A stretch of 64,000 bases of DNA from Eledone cirrhosa (Eukaryota), in NCBI GenBank assembly GCA_964016885.1, contig OZ024753.1:39060001-39124000 (forward strand). Direction: 5' to 3'. The notes beneath the pieces are model-generated. The model was not told where the DNA came from, made no database searches, and saw only the letters and a program-made list of their open reading frames with translations. Within the stretch, counting starts at the first letter, position 1, and each line of letters starts with the position of its first letter. Of the stretch, positions 53,266 through 64,000 are shown piece after piece. The translations under genes were made by a program, and so were the position numbers.

Positions 53266-55009
53266 GTGTATGTGAGTGTGTGTGTGTGTGATCTTGATTT
53301 ATCTTATTGATTTTTCTGGGTGCCACGGTCTTAGAGTCAACCTCATTTTGGGTGGAGATGTGGATGTGGCGTTTTTCCTTGAAAAACCGGATGGTTATAT
53401 ATTTTGTGTGTGCTCATATATATATATAACTTATAAATAAAACATTAAAAATATCATATACATTTGTTACTTTTCCAGCTTCAAATTTGTAATATATATA
53501 TTATATTTTGAAATACATTTTGATTATATCTCGGAATATTGGATTTCCAAAGGTATGACAACATTCTAGTACATATTTGAACATAGAACTGGTATTGTAC
53601 ACATTTTATAAACATACTATCAAAGTCTACGTATACGAAGATATTGGGGAATTTTATTCGCTTTTCTTATGCTGAAATGCATATTATCTTCTTGTCAAAT
53701 ACATCGGGTAAATTCACCCTGGAAACGGTAGACTGGTGAACATAATCGTCTGCGGAATCGAACCCGGCTAAATTACCCGAGTTATTTAACTGTTGTATTG
53801 TTTAATATTAATTCTTGTATTTTTGCAACAACAACAAAAAAAGCAAATGCAAGTAGATTTAAACATTTTTATACTATCAAAGTTTTACGCTGTTCGAATC
53901 CAAAAAAGGTAGAATACATTCTGCAGATCCCGTATATGTATTTCAAGAATACAAAAATGATATCAGTCTTTCCACCCCAAGGCAGATTACACGGATTAAA
54001 TAGTGAAAAAAAAAATTGACTAAAGGCTATATTTTCAAATGAAATTCAAGTACAACAGGAAGAATAAAGAAACAGTTTCGCTTAGTTGAAAATACAGAAA
54101 AAAATGAAACTATTGAAAGTGTGCATATGTGAGATAGAAATATAAATGGACAAAGATGGTGGCTAGTTATAAAAACGTTTCATCCAATGTATACAGTTAT
54201 TAGTTTGTGCAGTCAACCAGCAGGGCGCATGCCTGCAGGACAGAAAATGACAAACTATACAATATTCTCTAGTGGTACCTCAACACATTTTCCTCACATT
54301 AAATGTATTGTCTGTCCGCGCGTCGTAATGTTTCGTGAAGCGGACTATCTTGAGAGAATCTATGTTAACCTATCGGACAATATATCGGTTTAAATGAAAA
54401 CTCTTTCTGATGCTTAATTATGTAACTGGAAAACAGCGTGATTAATAGGCCTAAGTCTTCTTATCAAAACGGCTGCTTCTGCTATCTGGAAGTAGAATGA
54501 AGATTGACAGTTTTTCTTGATTAGATAGATGTGTCATAGTTTTGTGTGTCTCTTCTCGTAAATACAACAAACAACGTTTGCTTGCATAGATTTTTCAGTT
54601 GAAGTATTAAAAGACTTGCTCTACCATATGTTGTGTACATTTAGTGCTCATAGCAATAATAAAACAACTGATTAAGAGTAAAAGTATTAAAGAAACATAC
54701 AGGTTAATGTACTATGGTTCATATAAAGAAGAGTGTGAGATATTTTTAAACAAAAAGATAGGAAGAATTACAGATCAAAAGATGGCCGAAGCCGAACTGT
54801 TGTTGTTGTCTTTCTTGGTGGTTTTATTATTGCTGTTGTTAGTTGTGATGGCGGTTTTTTATAACAAGGACGTGATGAACGAAAAGATTTCGAATCAAAG
54901 GACATTTTAGCCACATATATGTATGTGAATTCCCGTAGGGGATCGGGAAATGACCATACGCTAAAGAAGGTATTCTATACGTTGGTAGAGGATAGGCGTT
55001 ATTAATTTG

Positions 55010-55132
55010 TATAAAAATCAATTCTACAAGACGAGAAATGTTTCATTCGTATGAAATCATCAGAACATTCCAGATGATTTTTCAAACGAATGAATGAAAC
55101 AGTTCTAGTCCTATAGAATCATTTCTATAATA
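55010..55132. mobile_element. Degenerate family D palindrome
   Basis: TGTTTCATTCGTATGAAATCATCAG...GAATGAAACAGTTCTAGTCC. Confidence 0.65.
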
Positions 55133-55489
55133 TATATATATATATATATCTTACACACTCACACACATATATATATTTATTTTATATACATATTGGTGAG
55201 TTGAGCGTATATACCTGGAATGTAAAGAGAAGAGAAAGAGAAGAAGGAAGAGCAGATGTGGGAGGGAGAGAAAAGAAACGAATGATAATAATAGGAAGGT
55301 GGAAGAAAGAGAGAGAGAGAGGGGGTGGGGGAGGGGAGACATGGAGGAGAAGGAAGAGGCCGGGGGTGGTGGGTAGAGAACGGATAAACCTCCAAACACA
55401 AAATAAAAATATAGAAAAACAAAACCACAGTCAGTGAAAACACAGCACGAAGCAGATGTCGTTGGCAGCCGAAGTATTGGCAGCCATCT

Positions 55490-56310
55490 TGCCACCAACA
55501 CCACGACACTCAGTACCACCATCACCATCAACCACAACACCACCACCACCACCACCACCACCACCACCAACACCACGACACTCAGTACTACCAGCATCAT
55601 ACCACCATCACCATCAACACCAACACCACCACCACCAACACCACGACATTCAGTACTACCATCACCATCAACACCAACACCACCACCAACACCACGACAC
55701 TCAGTACTACCAGCATCATACCACCATCACCACCACCACCACCACCAACACCACGACACTCAGTACTACCAGCATCATACCACCATCACCATCACCATCA
55801 ACATCAACACCACCACCACCACCAACACCACGACACTCAGTACTACCAGCATCATCACTGTAACAACCATTACCACCACCATTAACGCCACCATCAATAC
55901 CACCACAACTACAACCAATCTACCCACCACTATCACAACCACCACATTACCACCACATTACCACCACCACCACCAACAACAACAACACCACATTACCACC
56001 ACATTACCACCACATTACCACCACCACTACCACCACCACCACCACATCACCACCACATTACCACCACCACCACCACCATCACCACCACCACCATCACCAC
56101 CACCATCACCACCACCACCACCACCACCACCACCACCACCACCACCACCACCGTCACCACCACCACCATCACCACCACAACCATCACAACCACCACCACC
56201 ACCACCATCACCACCACCACCACCACCACCACCACCACCACGACTGCCACGTCAACAACAACACCAATCACAACAACAACAACAACACACACAACAATAA
56301 CAACATCAAC
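55490..56310. repeat. (CCA)n-derived minisatellite and CCA/CAA runs
   Basis: ~6 copies of CCAACACCACGACACTCAGTAC, then CCA/CAA repeats. Confidence 0.85.
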
Positions 56311-56371
56311 AAGCTTAAGAGGAAAAAGAAAAATGAAAAAGAAGAAATCAGAAACCATGATTATAATGCAA

Positions 56372-57922
56372 CGTGTGTGTACATGTGTGTGTGCCTGTGT
56401 TTGACTGTGTATGTGTGTGTACATGTGTGTGTGTGTGCCTGTGTTTGACTGTGTATGTGTGTGTACATGTGTGTGTGTGCCTGTGTTTGACTGTGTATGT
56501 GTGTGTACATGTGTGTGTGTGCCTGTGTTTGACTGTGTATGTGTGTGTACATGTATGTGTGCCTGTGTTTGACTGTGTATGTGTGTGTACATGTGTGTGT
56601 GTGTGCCTGTGTTTGACTGTGTATGTGTGTGTACATGTGTGTGTGCCTGTGTTTGACTGTGTATGTGTGTGTACATGTGTGTGTGCCTGTGTTTTTCACT
56701 GTGTGTGTGTGTGTACATGTGTGTGTGCCTGTGTTTGACTGTGTATGTGTGTGTACATGTGTGTGTGCCTGTGTTTGACTGTGTATGTGTGTGTACATGT
56801 GTGTGTGTGCCTGTGTTTGACTGTGTATGTGTGTGTACATGTGTGTGTGCCTGTGTTTGACTGTGTATGTGTGTGTACATGTGTGTGTGCCTGTGTTTGA
56901 CTGTGTATGTGTGTGTACATGTGTGTGTGTGCCTGTGTTTGACTGTGTATGTGTGTGTACATGTGTGTGCGTGCCTGTGTTTGACTGTGTATGTGTGTGT
57001 ACATGTGTGTGTGCCTGTGTTTGACTGTGTATGTGTGTGTACATGTGTGTGTGCCTGTGTTTGACTGTGTATGTGTGTGTACATGTGTGTGTGTGCCTGT
57101 GTTTGACTGTGTATGTGTGTGTACATGTGTGTGTGTGTGTATGTGTTTGAATGTGTATGTATATGTGTGTGTACATGTGTGTGACCCTGTGTTTGACTGT
57201 GTATGTGTGTGTACATGTGTGTGTGTGCCTGTGTTTGACTGTATATGTGTGTGTACATGTATGTGTGTGTGCCTGTGTTTGACTGTGTATGTGTGTGTAC
57301 ATGTGTGTGTGTGCCTGTGTTTGACTGTGTATGTGTGTGTACATGTGTGTGTGTGCCTGTGTTTGACTGTGTATGTGTGTGTACATGTGTGTGTGTGCCT
57401 GTGTTTGACTGTGTATTTGTGTGTACATGTGTCTGTGCCTGTGTTTGACTGTATATGTGTGTGTACATGTGTGTGTGTGCCTGTGTTTGACTGTGTATGT
57501 GTGTGTACATGTGTGTGTGCCTGTGTTTGACTGTGTATGTGTGTGTACATGTGTGTGTGCCAGTGTTTGACTGTGTATGTGTGTGTACATGTGTGTGTGT
57601 GTCTGTATTTGACTGTGTATGTGTGTGTACATGTGTGTGTGTGCCTGTGTTTGACTGTTTATGTGTGTGTACATGTGTGTGTGTGCCTGTGTTTGACTGT
57701 GTATGTGTGTGTACATGAGTGTGTGTGCCTGTGTTTGACTGTGTATGTGTGTGTACATGTGTGTGTGCCTGTGTTTGACTGTGTATGTGTGTGTACATGT
57801 GTGTGTGCCTGTATTTGACTGTGTATGTGTGTGTACATGTGTGTGTGTGTGTGCCTATGTTTGACTGTGTATGTGTGTGTATATGTGTGTGTGTGCCAGT
57901 GTTTGACTGTGTATGTGTGTGT
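56372..57922. repeat. 40-44-bp GT-derived minisatellite (>35 copies)
   Basis: Unit GTACATGTGTGTGTGCCTGTGTTTGACTGTGTATGTGTGT with variable GT count. Confidence 0.95.
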
Positions 57923-58279
57923 TTGAGTGTGTCCGTCTCCATGAGTGAGTGTGTACGTATATGTGCATTTATGTGTGTGTATATCAGTGTTTGCGTGTGA
58001 GCCTGTCTCCTTATGTTTGTGTGCGTGTTTATGTGTATGTGTGAGTGTGTCCGTGTCCGTGAGTGAGTATGTACGTGTATTGTGTATGTGTATATATCAG
58101 TGTGCGTGTGTGTGTTTGTCTGTGTGTGTATGTTTACGCGTGGGTGTGTATATACATCAGTGTGTGTGTGTGTGTGTGTGTGTTTGCGTGTGTGTGTGTG
58201 TGTGTGTGTAGACGATAAGATAGACAAGGGCTTAGATCAATCAATCGATAGCAAAATACATACTTTTATATAAACACAC

Positions 58280-58382
<103 letters not shown>

Positions 58383-58623
58383 TGTGTGTTTATATATATA
58401 CATATGTATGTGTGTGTGTGTGCGTGTGTGTGTGTGTATATTTATATATGTAAGCATGATGGTATATATATATATATATATATATATGGTTGTGTGTGTG
58501 TGTGTGTATGATTAAAACCAAATCATGTGTGTATATTTTTAAACTTCCCGGATAAGTATACACACATATATGTACACATATATAAGTATGTGTACATATA
58601 TATATGTATAAATGTATACATGT

Positions 58624-58689
<66 letters not shown>

Positions 58690-59407
58690 ATATGTATATG
58701 CATATGTATATGCATATGTATATACATACATGTACACCCATATATCTATATGTACATATATATGTATGTGCATACATGTACACACAATGTATGTATATAT
58801 ATATGCATATGTATATACATACATGTACACACATATATCTATATGTACATATATATGTATGTGCATACATGTACACACAATGTATGTATTTATATATGCA
58901 TATGTATATGCATATGTATATACATACATGTACACACATATATCTATATGTACATATATATGTATGTGCATACATGTACACACAATGTATGTATATATAT
59001 ATGCATATGTATATGCATACATGAACACACATATATGTGGGCTTTCATTGCAGTATACGTATATATGGTTTTCTGTGTATATGTATAGCTCGGCGGGCAA
59101 CATCCTTTTCGAGCCTGGTTTCCCTATGAAGTCATGGAAAGGATTGAACGAGAGGAAAGTGGGATTATGTTGGATATTTGCTAAAATGAATAGAAAATTA
59201 GATAAGATGTCGTGTTGATAGCTACAGGGAGAGGGCGATAGAGAGGGGAAGAAGGAGTACGAGTAAAAAGCCAGACAATATAAGCGAGATATGTGTATCA
59301 ACATTGTATATAGTGTACGTCTAGAAAAATTCTGCATATATACATATATACGTGTTTATTTATACGCATATTTATATACATATATATAAATATATATATA
59401 TATATCC

Positions 59408-59438
<31 letters not shown>

Positions 59439-59699
59439 TGTATGTATGTATGTATGTATGTATCTATGTATGTATGTATGTATGTATGTATGTATGTATG
59501 TATGTATGTATGTATGTATATAGATATATAATTCTCTCTATATATATATTTATACATATATCTATATCTATATATATATGTATACATATATATATATATA
59601 TATACATATATATATACATACATATATGAATATCTATATATATCTATATACATATATGAATATAAATATATATATATACACGCTCACACACACATACAC

Positions 59700-59765
<66 letters not shown>

Positions 59766-60229
59766 ACATATATTGATGAGCAGATCGATGGTAGACTCGG
59801 GTCCTTAACTTCGATGAATGATCTTGAGCAAACCATCTGTGAACCGAGCGTACCGAAATGCATGTAAACAAAACATCATCGTTCGGATTTAGCTGTGGAA
59901 ACGGCTGGAGGTCAGCCGCCGGGGTCCCGAATTTTTCCTATATATTATATATATATATATATAATACTACCCGATCCTGTTACCCGGAGATTTACTCATC
60001 TGCGTGTTGAGGCTTTCAAAACGACTATTTTTATTATTCCACAATACTTCAAGCATACTTCAACACTCTCTCTTACATATATATATATATATATATTAAG
60101 ACAGGGGGGAAGAAAAAAATGGCTTCACTTGTGCTTTCAACAAATTTATTTTCTTCACAAAATCCAAAAAGAATTTTTTTCCGGATTAGAAAAAATGTTT
60201 TAAAAAATTTTTTTTTATAAATTGAGTCG

Positions 60230-60310
<81 letters not shown>

Positions 60311-60817
60311 AGATACTTGCAAGTAAAGCATCAGAGCATCGAATCCTTTGAAATTCTAAGAAAATGTAAAACGTATCCAACGCAGATGATATGTGGTTCA
60401 ACGGAATTTGAGAGGCGCAGAGATCTAAGGAGGTTTTGCTGTCTTTCGATTAGGTTACACCCCATGGAGCATACAATATGGAATTCTCAAGAACACAGCG
60501 TATGTCCCTGTCAAGGAATTGAACACCTTATGTCATGATACCAAGTCAAACACACTGAACACTAGAAAAATTGCTAATGAATCGGTCTTGTTTCATCTTT
60601 ATTAAAACGAATTAAATCTCCTTTTCCCTTCATTAATTATAATCAAATAGAATACAAATTATATCTTCTCATGAACAACCTTAGGAGGCTTATACTGGCG
60701 TGAGGAAATTCCCATAACATAAACCAGGTTTACTGCCGCGATTTATTACCTAAATATCATAAATATCAACAAAGCATGGTCATGTATAAATATGTATACA
60801 ATTACCATATATAGAGT

Positions 60818-60965
60818 GAAGGCGCATGGCTTAGTGGTTAGAGCATTGAGCTTGCAATCGAAAGGTTGTGAGTTCAATTCTCAGACCGAGTGATGTATTG
60901 TTTCCTTGAGCAAGCCACTTTATTTCACGTTGCTCCAGTTTACTCAGCTATAGAAATGAGATGAC
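60818..60965 (+). mobile_element. CORE-like tRNA-derived SINE
   Basis: TGGCTTAGTGG, GAGTTCAATTC, CCTTGAGCAAGCCACTTTATTTCACGTTGCTCCAG. Confidence 0.78.
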
Positions 60966-61581
60966 AGGACTGGGGTCTCTATCATTAAATCAGCGAAGAC
61001 ACCACCAACGACATATACCTTGGAGGAGGCCAGTTAAACCTGCATAGAATACAAATTGTTACATATGTAACATACATATGTAACATACATACATAATTAT
61101 CATATACAACGACAGTACACTCAACGGAAAGTACAATTACTTCTTTCAGATCTATCATAATCCTTTAACTACACTTTCACCAAGGTCACCTATGTTATTT
61201 TGGGGAGCTCTCTCTACGGGTCTAGTTCCCTCGATCAAATGGATCACTATCTGGTTGATTGATTTCTGGAGTATCTGCTCGACAGACGGCTAGGCAAAGT
61301 TGCACATTTCAGTATTTGTCCTGCTACTCTTCTCTGAAGTACACCTTCTCTAAAGTCTCAGAACTAAAACTCCAAAAGGCCTCAAATCTTCACATTTGTT
61401 CCATTAACACATACTTAATCCAAACAAACTAAGAACATACGCACATACAATCAAATTCATATACATTTACACACACACATATTCCTACATTATCAACATT
61501 TACCTGCCTCTTCACTTGAAACGTATTTCCCTTTCAGCAATTAATGTGTATACAACTGGGATCCGTGCATTTAAATGATTG

Positions 61582-61767
61582 GGATTGGCAGTATCGGTAG
61601 AGGGTCGGACGCCATTCTTTACAGCAAAAGGTTACGGCCCTTTATGGTCTGAGTTCAAATCCCACCGAGATTAACTTTCCCTTTCATCCTTACGGAGTCG
61701 ATAAAATAAAGTACCAGTAATGCACTGGATAATTGCTGGCCTTGTGCCAAAAGTAGAAACAATTATT
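61582..61767 (+). mobile_element. Nin/Deu-type SINE
   Basis: Same consensus as 45090-45280. Confidence 0.85.
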
Positions 61768-62622
61768 AACGTAGATCTCGGTTAGATACATCGCGACATC
61801 GTGTATGACAAGGAGACCTTTTTTGCCAGCAGAATGGACTGATGTACAGAGACATAAAGCCGCGTCATGCGCAAGGACACAATACGCCGTCAGATATCGA
61901 ACCCCCGGTATTCCGAGCGTGAACTGACGAGCGTGAACTGAACATACTAATAACTGTTAGGCAACTTCACATATATACATCATAATATAGACACCATCTC
62001 GTATATACCCAGACAAAATATAACAAAATAAATGAAAATTATACAAAACAGAAAATTGTCAACGAAAACCTGACAAAGAATATACCTTATATATATATAA
62101 GAGTTAAAGACTGAAAGAAACAAAAACCAAAAATACCAAAATATATACAAAAAAAAAAAAAAACGAAATCTAAGAAATAAAACTATATAGACATTTGAAT
62201 ATTTGGACGATATCGCGAATTCTGTAGAAGTGGTGCAATGTAGAAGAAACTGAAAGAAACGGAAAAAAAAAATATATATATATATATTAGAAGACACAAA
62301 AAAAAAACAAAAAAAAAACATCAACAACAATACAAAAAACCCTGGTAAACCACGAAAAACGAAATCGTTTTAAACCGTTGTGCATTATTGAAATAGTTTG
62401 TTGGAAAATTTCTCCAGGCAGTTTGATGTGTCCAATTTTTTTTTATCTTTGCATATAAATATATCTAATAATTTATTTCTTAAATTTTATTTCTATTTTT
62501 CAAAGCTAAATACTTGTAAGAAGCACGTGCTTGGCTAGTATTGGGAGCGAAAAAAAGAAAGAAAAAAGTAGAAACACAAAATAGAGATTCATTTCTTTTT
62601 TTCCCCTAATTTTTATTTTACT

Positions 62623-62678
<56 letters not shown>

Positions 62679-62700
62679 TATACATAGATTTATATGTGTG

Positions 62701-62762
<62 letters not shown>

Positions 62763-62787
62763 ATATATATGTATTTGTATATATATT

Positions 62788-62818
<31 letters not shown>

Positions 62819-62842
62819 TTGTATATATATATATATATGTAC

Positions 62843-62878
<36 letters not shown>

Positions 62879-63252
62879 TAAATTTTACCTTTCAGCAAAA
62901 TAGAAATGTTTTTGCGGTTTTCCTTGCAAATAATAGTTAACATTTTACTGTTTTTTGCGTGTCTAATCTGTTCTTTGTTCTTTTTCTTCATTTATTCAAT
63001 TGTCTTTCTCTTTTTCTTTCTTTTTCTGTCTCTCTCTCACTTTCGTTGTCTCTCCACTTCTCTCATCCTCTATTATTTTTCATCATCCGATCGTCATTCT
63101 ATCACATGGCTTCACTCATAGACGACAATTTTGTAACTGTCACATTCTTAAGAACAGAACACTTGGCGGTTTTACTGCCGTATATATATATATATGTATA
63201 TATGTATACATATATACACATATATATACATATATACATATATATATATACA

Positions 63253-63316
<64 letters not shown>

Positions 63317-63379
63317 TACTCACACACACACACACACATACTCACACACATATATATATATATATAAATACATATATAC

Positions 63380-63474
<95 letters not shown>

Positions 63475-63505
63475 CATTTATAAATACATATATACATATA
63501 TATAT

Positions 63506-63631
<126 letters not shown>

Positions 63632-64000
63632 TTGTATGGTCGTAAGTTAACTTCAATGATCGTGGGGTGGGATATTTCTCGTGGAATGAAATTTGTTCTA
63701 ATATGTAAATTTAATCTCTATTTTCTAACATCACAAGAAACCTTCGTCATTATTTGCCTGGCTCTCAGCTCTTGTGGAACCGAGACAAAATTACATAAAA
63801 GGATAAAGTAAGATTCTCTATCTCTTACCAAGCTTACATAAAAGGATAAAGTAAGATTCTCTATCTCCTACCAAGCTTCTCCAATCTACTACAGTAATAA
63901 ACAAAAAAGAACATCCAGCTACAAAGACATAATACCCTCTCTATCTTGTTTTACAGAAACCTAACATTTTACATTTGAAAGAAAATTTACCCGTTTTACA

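Noticed and set aside
56047-58227. 726-aa His/Thr-rich ORF and a CRISPR-like look of the repeat
   Set aside because: A 40-44-bp GT minisatellite open in several frames; no unique spacers and no cas genes.
61100-61400. Possible decayed LINE coding fragment
   Set aside because: The minus-strand frames I read are interrupted by stops and show no identifiable motif.
63791-63878. ~43-bp tandem duplication
   Set aside because: Ordinary local duplication with no further structure.

Overview
Eukaryotic, AT-rich, microsatellite-saturated DNA with no recognisable host exon. The SINE repertoire and extreme (TA)n content suggest a cephalopod (Octopus-like) genome; this is inference. Nearly all ORFs in the supplied track are microsatellite artefacts. 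The one real gene is an intact 737-aa Penelope-like retroelement (PLE) ORF (RT + GIY-YIG, probably Naiad-type, 12867-15080). It lies between two apparently identical ~515-bp direct pseudo-LTRs, each carrying a type I hammerhead ribozyme (HHR). Around it is a set of small non-coding elements, mostly inserted in (TA)n tracts: (i) a 310-bp HHR tandem array (retrozyme-like, ~1.9 inverted + ~4 direct copies, 24076-25922); (ii) several families of head-to-head palindromic mini-elements, three of which carry an HHR on both strands, one copy being a near-exact derivative of the local PLE pseudo-LTR. They share an asymmetric architecture (complete 3' end on one arm, family-specific internal TA-like endpoint on the other), and several share a TYGAGTRC motif ~40-65 nt from the 3' end. 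This suggests a PLE-driven, ribozyme-bearing non-autonomous element system. Also present: many tRNA-derived SINEs (Nin/Deu-domain and CORE-like), a stacked cluster of L1/Tx1-like 3' ends in (GATA)n, a CR1-type 3' end and several minisatellites. Folds and identities were read by eye and coordinates are approximate.
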